From NCBI RefSeq assembly GCF_000485595.1, contig NW_014577066.1:518930-582929 (forward strand): a stretch of 64,000 bases of DNA. Reading direction: 5' to 3'. This document shows positions 51,039 to 64,000 of this stretch, piece by piece. The notes beneath the pieces were generated by a model. That model was not told where the DNA came from and searched no databases. It was given only the letters and a program-made list of their open reading frames with translations. Positions within the stretch are counted from its first letter, which is position 1. Every line of letters starts with the position of its first letter. The translations under genes and the position numbers were made by a program. Source of the DNA: Priapulus caudatus. Taxonomy: Eukaryota.

Positions 51039-54000
51039 ATGATGATTCTCGATCACTTTGAAGAGCTGATAGAAGCGTTTAGAGGAAGTTTCCCCGTACA
51101 TTTATTGGTTTTCATTTCGCTGTTTATTATCATTTCGCCCGCCAGCCCTGTGCACGCTGCTCACGAGTTCGCCGTGTACCGCATGCAACAGTATGATCTT
51201 CAGGGTAGACCCTATGGTAAGCACTCATTCGTATAGGCCTACACAGGTTCGTAGTACCTCATCCACAATTTAAAAATTCGAAAAGCCTTAAAAAAACGGT
51301 TTTTTAGTGAGGGTGCTTCGGTTTGCCCTTGTTCTAGATCAGGGGTTCCAACCTTTTGACTCCCGTACGCCCTACCCCTATTTTTTACGCTGTGGCTATA
51401 TGCCCGGCAGCCGGGCACGGTCTTCGTTTTCCTAAATGCCGGCAGTTCTTACCCTAACTCTAATCTTAACCCTAAACCTAACAAAAACCCTAACTCTAGC
51501 CCTAAACCTAACCCTAACCCTAACCCTAATCCTAAATCTAACCCTAACCCTTGTTTACTTGAGATAACGCTAAAAATTAAAACTGCCGGGCATTTAGGAA
51601 ATCGAAGACCGTGCCCGGCAGCCGTCAGATATACGCCGGCTGCCGGGCATATAGCCACTGTGTATTTTTTACGCTATCTCCTCGTACCCCTTCGCCCACC
51701 ATAAGCAAAATGAAGAACCAACACTGATGTGGTGTCATGAATATTTTGACATCGTGTTTATGTTTTATTAACGCAATGCACTCGCACGGCGTCGAGTGAC
51801 TGTAAATTTCCACACTCAACTCGCATTGTTCTTGATTGTTTGCTTGGACACAGAGCGTCATTGAAGAGAGCGTTCACACGACGTTTGATCGATCAGTTCT
51901 TGGACATGCCTCTCTATTGGACATGCCTTATGCGAGCTGCGAGCTGAGAAAAAAATCCAACGCGTCCAAGCGAACAATCAAGCGAACAATGCGAATTGAG
52001 TGTGGAGATTTACACAGCCACTCACACACGCTGTTCAATCTTTCACACGTGGAAGAAAATATCAAACACGTTACACGTGTGATATTTTCCACACGACGCA
52101 GATCGAGGGATTTTGCATGCGCACACGCTGTGGAACTCACGTGGACGATGGCGCAGCAAGTTCCACAGCGTGTGGGGCGGGCTTTACACGATTTTTGTGG
52201 ACTGGGGACTAGACCTCGACCGAAAACCATGACTTGTTGGCACTGTTGACAGAGATGCCTGAATCACCCGCTTATTATTATATAGCACTACTTTTTTAAA
52301 TTGTCTAAGAGGCTTCCCAGGTACCCCCTGTGTTGTTCGCTGGTACCCCCATGGCGTACTAGTACCCCTGGTTGGGAACCAGGGTTCTAGATGATTATCA
52401 TGGCCAGGTGAAGATTGGCATTCCTTCTTGCTTGATGAAGGCTGAAGCCTGTTCTATGCACTCAATCATCTGAGCGTGATCATTCAATACATTGCTTTCG
52501 ACATGTACCATTTAAGGATACTTTTACGTTTACGGTTTAGCTTCTTTGTTTCTGTCTTTCCGTATTGAAATTCTCTCCCTTCGACTTTAGTAAATTGCAA
52601 ATTTGCGGCTTTTTCCACTGCGATCTGCAGTGTTGATCTGTCGATTTGTCTCTCCGTCTTCGTTATAGTCCCTTGGACTTTTGAAGAATATTCTTTATGA
52701 GGTATGAGGTTATTCCCTCATATCAATATCATGCTGGGCAGGTTCCAGAGAATAGCCCAGAACTAGTAGTAGTAGGCTGGTTAGAGTTAATGGTAGCCTA
52801 GTAGCCAGATTCAATAATTAAGATCTGTTACACTCAACATCAGAGACTACAGTGGGTAGTAGGAGTCTATTTGCTCATTGATTTAGCAATACTAATATTA
52901 TTATTATTAGTTTTTACTCTCTGGCATTGGTATAGTCTCTTGGATTTTGAAGACCAATTCTAACGATCTGAGGAGGCAATGCTGTCTAGCTAATTCAGAC
53001 ACTGTGGCAGCAACATTCAACAACTCTAATGATGTAATGTTGTAATATGTGAATTTTTTAGGCTGTAGGAATGCACTAGTCAATGTAGAGGCACGAAGCA
53101 TCGACGCAAAGTCCATAACACGGCGGTGTCTTGTGACATCGCTACAGGACTTTGCTGCAGACAAGTACAAGTATGCTCAGGAGCAAAATGCTGCAGGCCT
53201 TCTTGTTCTCCTGCCACAGAATCTGTCGTCTCTGTCATCAGAGGAGCAAGATGTGCGTTAATTATTCACATTTCAAGAGAACAATAGTCTATCTCTAATG
53301 CTGTGTTTAAAAGACGTTATAAACAAATTACTGTATCTGGAAACATTTCATTATCATGGGATTGGCGTACTGTGTCAATGTAATATGATGATAAGATGTA
53401 TTACATTCATGCTAAATATCCATTTTAATATTCCCAACAAATGCAATCAGTAATTTCTTTATCATTTAATCAGGGAGGGTTTTACCCACACAATATATAT
53501 ATGTCAAATAAAATTGTTTGACGAGTGCAGTAATGCTTCAGTGGATTCATAGTGTTCTCATTAGAAATGTTGTTATTTCTAACCACATAGTGATGACCAC
53601 CAACTACTATTACAGCGCCTGCTTCAGCTAGAGCAAGACTTAATGGATGAAGAAACCAGCATGCCTGTCTATTTCACCACAGTCACTGACGAGCTGTCAG
53701 ATATGTTCAGCGACCTCAAGCGTGGTGCGGGACACGGCAGACAGGCGACTGCTGTCGAGGGTACGGTATCTATTGGGAAAAACGTATATTTGTTGTACAA
53801 GTGTAACTCTGATGTCATAGAGATGTTTATGTTTCTTCATGTCATAAAAATGGTGGGGTGTGTTGCAGGGGAAAAATTGAATTTCTTTCACGGGAGCTCT
53901 TTTTCAAAAGTCTGGAAAAAATAGCTCTTGTCAAAAATATTACGGGAGCTATTTTGAGCCTCACGGGAGCGATTTCGGAGGTTTGAAGAGCGAATCGCTT

Positions 54001-54274
54001 ATCGCTCCCGTGTATTTTTTACCCTGGTGTGTTGCTCTATCCCATAGAGATGCTGAGGCATGTTGCTCTGTTTTATAGAGATGCTGAGTGCTGTGACAGG
54101 AAATGGCTTTCAGCTTGTATTCAGTGGGCAGCAGGCAAAAGCACAACCTGACTTTCAAGTGTTTAACATACAGGTACATATATACATGATGTATTATCCT
54201 TCATCTCGAATCTGTTCGTTGAATAGGCTGCGACACACAAATGTGTTAAACCAATGAAAAATTTCCCTCAATTC

Positions 54275-54323
<49 letters not shown>

Positions 54324-57300
54324 AGCTGTTCCATCTCTAAAATTGTCATATCATTGGACAAGGTTATCTATTAATATGTGTTACTTGGCAGGGAAAGTTG
54401 TCTGGCCTTGGAATAGAGGAAAGGCTGCCTACCATTGCTATAATAGCTCATTATGATTCGTATGGAGTAGCGCCAGTAAGTGTCGCGTCTTTCTTTTCAC
54501 TAATGTGTCTGTTACATTTGTCTACATTTTGAGATAGGTACTAGTCTATAACAATTTGTGTTACGTAACTACGTGCACTTGCTTTGTGGGAGCGTTTGAG
54601 AATTCCATTTTTGCAAATCTCAAGGTAGCAGGCACATGTTCGCTATTCACTTACTATTTTACAACAAACTTGTAGTAATTTTTTATGCTGAAGTAATCAG
54701 CATTCAGTAGTCATGTGGGGGTCGACTCGAAAGCCTAGTGCTACTTTGACCCTGACAGCACTCATTTGTTAGTAAGTTCACTATTCTTTTTTATTTATAC
54801 TCTCACGTTATACGTAACCTATCATACACTTGCTGTTGTAACTAAGTTATGTGCTAATTAAAGAAACTGGATCAGCAATATTAAACAGCCTGAATGTAGT
54901 GTATTTGCTTGTGGAATACAGGGGCTAGCTACTGGTGTGGACTCTAATGGAAGTGGTGTTATAGCCTTGCTAGAAATTGCCAGGCTATTTGGCAGGTTTT
55001 ATGCCAATGCGAAGACACATGCCAAGTAAGTTGAAATTAATGCATTAGATTAGATAAGATTAATGATAAGAACGCGAGCATGCAATTAAAATGTCTTTAG
55101 TATTTTTTTGTTTGGAAGCATGTACATGTAATTTATTATGCAACTGAAATTTATATAAAATTGTACCATGTAATGACATATATCACATAAGATCATATTT
55201 ATTCACTTTTGTATTTGCAGATATAATCTGCTGTTCCTGCTATCTGGGGCAGGCAAATTCAACTACCAGGGAACAAAGCACTGGATTGAAGAGCACATTG
55301 ACACTGGTGCCACAGGTATGTTAAAAATAATATTTCAGAGAGATGATGGTAAAATGTGTCCTCGATTTATTGTAATTCTTGTTTCTTCACACTCGACTTA
55401 CACACAGGGGTTAACTCTGTTAATGGAAATGTTGAATCCACAAAAAGCATTATTTGGCATGGATGTTAGGGTTAAATTTACTTATAGTGATATGTTAGAA
55501 ACAGACAGTGCTCTTGAGTGATAAAGAAGAACCTGGAAACTTTCCTGGAACCTGGAAAAAATTTTCAGACAGCTTTGTTATTTAAAACTGGCTTACATAT
55601 TAGCCACTCTTTGCAAAATTTTAAAGGTTTCAATTCACTTGGAACAGCATGTTAACAATAGCATTACTTTTACCAAAATCATAGAGAGAAAAAAAGTGAA
55701 TACAAACATGGATGCGCACTAATTATCGTCAGCACTCCATCATACTGATGAGGGTAGCTTCTCCGGTGCAAAGCAGTAACTGCATTTAATTACCAGAAAT
55801 CATGTTATACGGTTAACGTCTGTGTACGCACACTTGCAAACACATGGTATACAATGAGCAGAATAAATGCACAGTAGCAATTGCTCATCAACGTGACCCG
55901 TGAGGATGAAGTTTGCATGTGGTAATGTTTCCTTCCTGTGCTTTGCTTCTGGCCTCGTGCTTTAATCTCTGTGATGGCGTGATTGCTTGTGTCTGCAGAG
56001 GAGGCTACGCTTCTGTCTGACATTTCGTATGCACTCTGCCTCGACACCATCGGCAGCGGCGCCGGTCTCTCTCTACACGTGTCCAAACCACCTAAAGAAG
56101 GCAGCCCAATAGACCTGCTGATGAAGGTACAATGGAAATGCAGATATGTGTATGATAGAGAGGTCTGTGGTATAGACACAGATATATGTATGATAGAGAG
56201 GTCTGTGATATAGGCACATATATGGATATGATAGAGAGGTCTGTGATATAGGCATACATATAGGTATGATAGAGAGGTTAGATGTTATATGCACAGATAT
56301 AGGTATGATAGAGAGGTTAGATGTTATATGCACAGATATAGGTATGATAGAGAGGTTAGATGTTATATGCACAGATATAGGTATGATAGAGAGGTCTGTG
56401 ATATAGGTATGATATATAGGTTTGTGATGTAGGTGCAGATATAGGTATGATAGAAAGGTCTATGTTATAGCCACACACTACAGGGTTCCCCCTAAAAATT
56501 TCAAAGTCAAATCGTTCATGCATGGATGGGGAGGGCCTGGGAAGGGGTTGTATCAATTGGAGTCAGTTATGCATATCATAAGTGGCCCAAATATACAGGT
56601 AAACCCAATCAGTTTAGTATAGTAATAGTAAACCCAACACAGCATGACAGGTAGATTATCAAAAGTATACACTGCTAAAAAATCAAGGCATGTCTATTAG
56701 GTAATTAGGAATGCTGGTTAATTTATGTGATGTTGCAAATTAGGCTCAGCTTTGAAGGTATCTGTTGGACATGACGTGCGCTAAACGTCTAGGGAGAACC
56801 CCAGGTATGTGAGAGAAGTCTGTGATATGGGCAATGATAGTGGTATGATATAGGTGTGTACGTATGATGATAGTTATCATATATACCATCAGTATTTAAA
56901 CTTGGACCCTCGTGTGCTTCTTGGGTCGTTTCACAGAGCCTGCAGGACTTGATGCAGCGCCACGCCCCGACAAAGCAGATCAGTCTCGTTCACAAGAAGA
57001 TTAACCTCGCCGACGAGTTTCTCGCGTGGGAGCACGAGCGCTTCAGCATCCGCCGTCTGCCCGCGATGACGCTCTCCAGCCTCCAGCGCCATGACGACCC
57101 ACGCAGGAGCACGATCCTCGACACGAGGTGCGGAGAGGGGCCTGCATGACGGGAGGGCGGGCAGGTTAACCTGCGCTTGTGGGGATGGGGGAATGTAGCT
57201 ATCCGAGGGTAACGACAGCCAGGAAGGTTTGTTTTTGCGTGGGGGTTTACATGTGAAATAGGATGGACAGCATTGTGTGTAAACTCTCTAGGTATGGTGG

Positions 57301-59792
57301 TGGGTATTTAGTAGTGATGGGTATCGGCAAAATTTTTGTATCGCGATATATCGCGATACGGCATAACCGTATCGTGATACGTATTGCGATATATTATTAC
57401 TCATTGAGTAATCGGAGTCATCTTTACCTGTTGCTGATATCATGAAAAACAGTGTCAAACGTTCAGAGTCAGACTGAGCTTTAATAATACTCAACACAAC
57501 AATTCAAACAAGCAGGCTATCTTATTGTGTGTGTGTGTGTGTGCGTGTGCGTGTGCATGTGCGCGCGTGTGTGTGTGTGTGTGCAACTTGCAACTGTGCA
57601 TGCGAGTGTTTGTACATAAGCGGGGACGGGTGCATGTGTGTGTAGTGTATATATATCTGTGTTCACTTTTCTGCGAATTTGAGCGGTATTTCACAAAGAA
57701 TGAATGGACAACACAGGCTGTATCATTCAAATTACGGATATTTCCGACCATTAAACTGTGGAAATTGCTGACAGTATCCCGCACCGCTGCGGGGGGCGCT
57801 GGGGGGAATCGGTACGGCGAGAATGTATCGCGATACGTATTATTTTGAGTTTGTACCGCGATATACCGGTATACCGATAATACCGCACACCACTAGTATT
57901 TAGGTGAATGTCTGTTTTTAGAGTTAGACGCACTGTTGTGCTTATAAATTTTGCGCATAGTGGTGAGTGCTAGGAAATGTAGCGCATCGAGTGTAATCAA
58001 TGATATTGGCTGGTTGTTGTTATTGTTGTTGTTGTTGTTATTGTCCTCGTAGATATTGCTGTTGTTGTTGTTGTTGTTGTTGTCATCATAGTCGTTATCA
58101 TCGTCGTTGAAGTTATTATTTTTGTCGTTGTTGTTGTTGTTGTTGTTGCTGCTGCTTGGCTGCTCGTGACGTAACGTATCCTTGATGCATCCTGATGTTT
58201 GCAGAGACGGGGCGTCAGTGTCACTGCTGGCCGACAACATCAGGATGATCGTCGAATCGCTTGCACGGCACATCTACGGCAAGACGAACGACTCCGCCCC
58301 ACTGGAGGTATTCAGCGAAGATCAAGTAAGTCCGCGCCAAGCATGTCCGAGCCGTGCATGCCTGCATCATACGTTTGCCTCACGCACACCCTCGCCACCC
58401 ACGTACACACGCCGCACGCATGCCCGCAGGCGGCAGCACGCACGCCTGCCCCTCACCCACCTGCATCAAGCACGCCCGCGCCGCGCCCGCCAGAGCTATG
58501 ACTGCTCATTACTTTGCAGGGCCAATCACGCACGCACGTCGCTTTGCAGGGTCAGTCACGCAACCCTGCGCCATGCACGACCGTCGCTTACAGGGCCAGG
58601 CACGCTGCATAAGTGGGGGGGTGCATGGGCATGACGACGATCGGGAGCCAAAGTTTTGCTTGTGAGGCGATTGTTCTTGTGACTCGCAACTCGATCGAGG
58701 AGCGTTCAATTCGCGTGCGCGGGTCATACGTCACGTTCACACAGATGAGAGTTGTTGGTGAAATACCATGGGTTATGCCGGCCGTCTGTTCGTCTATTGT
58801 GTGTTCAGAGGCTCCCCGTTCTTGTGTTATTACTACTGTCACTGCAACATACTTCTGTTCGTCTGAAAGGTGACTACAGGTGGCACTACCGTGGTGGTTG
58901 CTAATACTGGTAGGCGTTTGAGTATTATTTTTTTGTGGGCGATCATCGCACCTTGTATGAGTAGAGGTATAAGATATGAAGCTTCATGCAATTCAACAGG
59001 GTAATTGTGACGGTTATGAAATACTTGTTGCAGAACATTGAGATGAGTGTTAAAGGATGGCTGGAATTTCTGTCGTCAAAACCTAGAGCCCAGCAACTAA
59101 TAACAAAAGACCATCCGATACTGACAAGTCTTTTAGCTGCAATGTCTAGACATCTTAGCGATGTTCAACTAATACCATTCACTGCTGAAAAACGGTAAGC
59201 TGAAAGAGGAAAATGCTTTATCAAATGATTGTTAAAACATTTTAGAAATTAGTGTATATAATACTTGAGATTACTAAGTTGACTTTGTGTGAAAACGGTG
59301 TCTTAGTCATATAAGAGTCGCTACCTTGACTAATTTATTTCATGTTTTTCTCTATTCTATAGTAACTATGGTAGAATAAATGTTTGTAGTTTTCCTAACA
59401 ATGGATTGGAATTTTTTTGAAACCTAATATATTGTGTGATGTTACCTTTTGTGTTTCAGCGATCCAGAATTTGTATTCTACAGTGGAATATCAGGAGTAA
59501 TGGCATCCTACAGGTACGAACCTATCTACAGAGAGACAGACATAGACAATGAACGAGAGAGTAAGAGTAAGAGAGAGAGAGAGAGAGAGAGAGANNNNNN
59601 NNNNNNNNNNNNNNNNNNNNNNNNNNNNNNNNNNNNNNNNNNNNNNNNNNNNNNNNNNNNNNNNNNNNNNNNNNNNNNNNNNNNNNNNNNNNNNNNNNNN
59701 NNNNNNNNNNNNNNNNNNNNNNNNNNNNNNNNNNNNNNNNNNNNNNNNNNNNNNNNNNNNNNNNNNNNNNNNNNNNNNNNNNNNNNNNNNNN

Positions 59793-59870
<78 letters not shown>

Positions 59871-60330
59871 GTTTAGATACAAGGTTTATGTTTAAAACAA
59901 ATTACTGAACATTACTATATTATTTGCATGTTATTTTCAGTGTGAAGCCTGCTCTGTTTGATCTGTTCCTTGCTCTATGCATTGCTGCCTACCTAGCAGT
60001 TATCTACCTGCTCATCTCAGTAAGTGTAACAAGCTAATACATATTTTCACACACGCAAAATCGTGCAATTCAAGTAACCCAATATGTGAAAACGAAAATG
60101 TATAGTTCTATTTTTATTTTTTCCCCATACTATAATCACTTTATGGGGGGGGGGGAACTAGTTTGGTAACCAGTTTAAGCGATTACAAACTGCCACGCAA
60201 AATAGTGGTTGTCTCATATTTTTGCGTTACCTGATGCGTTCTCTCTGCCCTGGTGCATTTCCAGAACTTTGGCATGGTTCAGGCAGGCTTGAGGAAGGTT
60301 CTAGGTCCGGCTAAGCTGAAGCGGACGTGA
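51039..60330 (+). CDS. NCLN: Nicalin (nicastrin-like ER membrane protein, BOS complex subunit), complete, 563 aa
   Basis: 14 exons: 51039-51216, 53062-53252, 53616-53760, 54079-54173, 54392-54475, 54922-55025, 55221-55315, 55999-56126, 56937-57127, 58205-58325, 59034-59194, 59460-59513, 59941-60019, 60265-60330 (TGA); 1692 nt in frame. Signal peptide, then AAHEFAVYRMQQYDLQG, LPTIAIIAHYDSYGVAP, DSNGSGV, GKFNYQGTK, HKKINLADEFLAWEHERFSIRRLPA and DPEFVFY. A C-terminal TM (VKPALFDLFLALCIAAYL) is followed by a KxKxx ER-retrieval tail (KLKRT*). Confidence 0.97.
51340..52384. mobile_element. hAT (Buster-like) non-autonomous element in NCLN intron 1
   Basis: Termini caggggttccaacc / ggttgggaaccaggg; perfect 8-bp TSD ttctagat. 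Confidence 0.85.
51392..51662. mobile_element. Nested inverted-repeat element with a telomere-like (TAACCC)n core
   Basis: IR gtggctatatgcccggcagccgg / ccggctgccgggcatatagccac, a second inner IR, ~16 degenerate TAACCC units, and a flanking 13-bp direct repeat tattttttacgct. Confidence 0.75.
53866..54026. mobile_element. hAT-type MITE, 161 bp
   Basis: caggggaaaaa ... tttttaccctg; perfect 8-bp TSD gtgtgttg. Confidence 0.8.
56145..56470. repeat. 37-39-bp minisatellite (tatgatagagagg...atatagg) in NCLN intron 8
   Basis: About 9 units starting just after the donor. Confidence 0.85.
57312..57895. mobile_element. hAT-type MITE with (GATAC/TACCG) subterminal motifs
   Basis: tagtgatgggtatcgg ... 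ccgcacaccacta; perfect 8-bp TSD gtatttag. Confidence 0.8.
58010..58155. repeat. (TTG)n microsatellite upstream of NCLN exon 10
   Basis: Simple repeat. Confidence 0.9.
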
Positions 60331-62852
60331 GCTTGCTTGCACGCGTTCACCGGTTGTGTGGCCTCACGGCATGTGCGTGTGGAGGTAGGAGACCCCCATC
60401 GCTACAAAGTGCCACAAGGTTTCGCTCATGTCGCCAGCGCGCGAGACGGGAGCAGCATGTGGATTTTTTTAATCGTTTTAGAATACGGGGATAGCAAACT
60501 TATTAAATTTATATGACGTTATAAGTTTAATATATACGGAGACGCACGGCGACATATGTGACAAGGGTGAGTGCGGCCAACTTTGCGTGGACGGCAAATG
60601 ATAATAGGTGGTGCTGATCCCATCGTCGGTAAACGTTTTGCCTTTACCCCACATAGCAAGAGTACTAAGAGCTGCGCGATGCTTCCTGTGAGAAGGCCAC
60701 GGGTTAGTAAGAGCTACTCTACTTCATTCGTTGTGAAATATTCGAATTCTATTTCATCGTAAAAGGTGAACGGCTAGAATGTTGTGGTCATGAGAGGAAG
60801 TGGAATGTTATATTTGAATTTGAAAATGCGTTCAGGAGCTTGATGCCTGTCTGCGCCCAGCTCTTATGTAAAGATGCTCCTTGAACAAACAACACTAAAT
60901 TACTCTATCACCTCAAACATCACAGTTTCCTACCTAGATACAGCTATTCCTGAACCTTGTTTCTTTAGGAGTCTCTGTCTGTTTTTGTACTTTTGAACCC
61001 TAATTCTATACCTGTGTGTTCTTTGGAAAACCATGTGGTCGTTGTGCACTGTTGTGTTCCCATTCTAGTACTTTTTATTAGCTACAGTTAAATATTGGTT
61101 TTTAACAGTACTGCCTAAATTGCTCTGTTCAATATCAATGATGTTTATTCTGAAAAAGTGGTTTGGAAAATTTCCACTTCCAGCTCTTGGTGTGAAACAT
61201 GCAAGGACAAATTAACAACACATGTCAACATCATCACAATCAATGGTGTCATTAATACTAATAGTATTCTTTCAAGCCGTTTGACTGAAAATAGTTTGGA
61301 AAGCTTTCAGTCGTGTTGACCTTTAATTTGTTGATAAAATAATTTTCCCACGGATTGTTCATATCAGATTGTTTTATGTATGTTTCTTATTTGCAATGCA
61401 TATCAGCTAGCTGTGTTGATCATTTAATTATATGTTGACGCGTTGGTAAGATGCAATAATATATTATTGTTGATTAAATGGTCAAGAGTAAGAAATACTA
61501 TAGGAAATGTGTGCATGCTTGCCTCGCAGTGTATCTGGGATGTTCTCTTTTTATATTGATTAATTGATTATATTAACTGAATTGAATTCAGAAACAGACT
61601 ATGTATGCAATGAATTTTCCACACAAGTTGATAATATAGTTGAAATTGTTGTTCAAATGTACATGAGATGTGTAGTGTTTTTTTATACAGGCTGTGTTCG
61701 ACTCTACAGGCACATTGCCATTCTTCACATTTACTTAGTACGTGTAGTACATGTAGTAGTAGATTACTATTTACCCTGAGGTTGTTTAATGCAACTTGAC
61801 AAGCACCAGTAGACTTTGGTCTAATACATACAGATTACTCACTAAATTAGTACATGTAACATGACAGTGTCTCTGTTGCTAGTCGGCATCAGATTAAACC
61901 TACACGTGATATTCCTATCATATGGCATGAACCTTGCGTTTCTAGCTGCTTAGCAAACATCTTGTGTTAAATCTACTCTGTTTACACAATGTAAAGATAT
62001 GAGAGTATTTTATTTGGAGACATATGGATATGATAATATACATATTTCAAAATACAATGAATGCTCTCACGATTTTGAGGAGGATATATAGCATTGCTAG
62101 AAGCACTTGATCTATGGTAAATTTGTATAAAGGAATTTGTGAAGCTTGCTTTTGTAGTGAAAGGCAATATGTCGATCAAGAACGGTGTGAAAAAATGATA
62201 GCATTGTTGGAAGCAACTCCTAAATCATAAATACAGTATAGCTATCATTTGTTCACACCATTCTTCATCAGCATATGGCCTTTCACTACAAAAGCAAGCT
62301 TCACAAATTCCTTTACACAAATTTACATACAATAAATCAAGTGCAATATACTACTTGATAAAGAGACTACGTTAAAGATCATGGGGGGGGGCATACAAAT
62401 CAATATTGTAGTTATAATGCCAGTCTTCCTTGCAACCTTTTATGTGTTATAATAAAACTAATTATCGTTACGCTTTACTGTTTCTGACAACAGACACCTG
62501 GTATCAGGAGATGGGGTGGAAAGGCTGCATTTACTATAGATCTTGGGCCTGAGCTATAGTGATAGACAAAGACAGAGAGAGAGAGAGAGGCGGAGAGAGG
62601 TGGAGGTGAGGACAATGCTGAATTTACCAGGCAGCAGGTGTCATTGCATCTATAATTTAACATGCCAACAGCGGGCGGTACCTGTATCAGTGTATCATAC
62701 CTAGATCGTTGACACACCACATAAAGAATGCAATAAATATCAGATATACATTGTTCTACAACAACTCCACACGTATAAATAATCCTTGTGACTTATGTAT
62801 AAGTCACAAAACATAATAGCAACAAGGGGCTAGTTGCTTTTCATTAGTGTAA

Positions 62853-63291
62853 AGCATAACGCACACACCCAAGCAAAACACCTGAACGTGGAGCAAAACG
62901 TGTTTCGCTCGATGTTCGTGGCTGTGTGCGGATTCCCGAAACAAAAAACATTGCTCAGCTGAGCGAGTTTCGCTGAACAAGCAATGTTTGATTCGCGGAG
63001 CGTGTTTTCGCCTGAGCGTACGTTTTGCTCGGGTGTGTGCGTCAATCGTTCTGCTACACAGCGAAATGCCACAGACGGTCTCCAATCAATATCCTTAAAA
63101 ATATCACATGACACACAAAATTGGATGTCTATTTTTGATGTCATGTGACAGCGGCGCTGTACGCAGTATTTCTGTATGTTTTGCTCAGCTGTGTGCTGTG
63201 TCGGGTGGCGTGGATGCGCTTGCTCGCCGAGCAGAACGCGAAACGCTGGAAAACAAAATTTCCCGTTTCGCTCGGGTGTGTGCGCTAGGCT
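62853..63291. mobile_element. PIF/Harbinger MITE
   Basis: TAA|agcataacgcacacacccaagcaaaac ... gtttcgctcgggtgtgtgcgctaggct|TAA. Confidence 0.7.
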
Positions 63292-63910
63292 TAAACGCCA
63301 CGGTACAAACTCTAAAAGAATCTTGATCAAAAATAACCATAATTGCATTTAATGCCTCTGAACACATATATCTACATTATTTACATGGTTGAATAACATG
63401 TGCTGTTCCATAATTTTACCTGCACACTGCTATCCTAACTGGACCAGGATATGAACATATAAAATTATACACTGTTAAGCATGTATATCTAAGCTTCTAC
63501 TATATTTGGTTTTTATTTGCCATCGTGATGCGATCTATAGAAAATATTGAATGAACAGTAATATTAGGAATTATATATTAATTATATGGCACTACCAACT
63601 TTAATTGAAATTCGTACACTCATGGGGAAACCTGACTTTCTACGTGTTACGTACCTATGTGGTAGCCGATAGCAGCCAATGCTAGATTTGAGAATGCAAG
63701 ATTGGCTTGGACTGCATGGTGCTAGCCATCTTGTGGGTCTGGGGGCCCACTGTCTTCTTGTATCATCTTGTATGTCTAGTACACAGGCTAACACTCTGTT
63801 CATCTAATACACATGTTGCTATCCTGTATGCCTGGTACACAGGCTGCCATCTTGTACTTCTTTAAAATAAGCTGACATCTTATAGAACTGGCATTTTGAC
63901 ATTTGCGCTG

Positions 63911-64000
63911 TCACATGACACAGCAGACTTTTGAAGAACTCTTCGATCTCTTCTTTCGATTGGACGTGGCTTGCGCAGTTCTCATTGCATTTAGCGTATC
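63911..64000 (-). CDS. C-terminal fragment of a prenylated (CaaX) protein, truncated by the window edge
   Basis: The reverse strand reads DTLNAMRTAQATSNRKKRSKSSSKVCCVM*: a polybasic tract plus CCVM and a stop. It is too short for the ORF track and the family cannot be identified. Confidence 0.7.
   Translation of the reverse strand, partial: DTLNAMRTAQATSNRKKRSKSSSKVCCVM

Noticed and set aside
51452..51550. True telomere or chromosome-fusion site
   Set aside because: Short, degenerate, single orientation and enclosed in an inverted-repeat element within an intron.

Overview
Eukaryotic, intron-rich DNA from an invertebrate animal draft assembly, with N-gaps at 3714-3726, 7739-8166, 29331-29666 and 59595-59792. 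There are no prokaryotic features. Reading splice sites and intron phases by hand gives four protein-coding loci. (1) A + strand gene (8401-21966, 5' end not found) encodes at least 1430 aa: three DOMON domains separated by long Ser/Thr/Arg/Pro/Gln-rich linkers, then two C-terminal DM13 domains. These are the Knickkopf/Skeletor domains in reverse order. (2) NOL6/Utp22 is on the - strand (23628-38872), with one exon apparently lost in an N-gap. (3) Nicalin (NCLN) is complete on the + strand (51039-60330, 14 exons, 563 aa). (4) The window ends inside the last exon of a - strand protein terminating in a polybasic CCVM (CaaX) tail. Introns and intergenic DNA hold many microsatellites and non-autonomous transposons (hAT, PIF/Harbinger, Kolobok, Tc1/mariner, Mutator-like and Helentron-type), a rearranged LINE and a tRNA-derived SINE. 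The 39.9-46.6 kb interval looks like indel-rich unpolished long-read sequence. It contains a ~4 kb long-inverted-repeat structure with an unidentified GC-rich core. The best novelty candidate is the 3xDOMON-2xDM13 protein; no database search could be run to confirm novelty.
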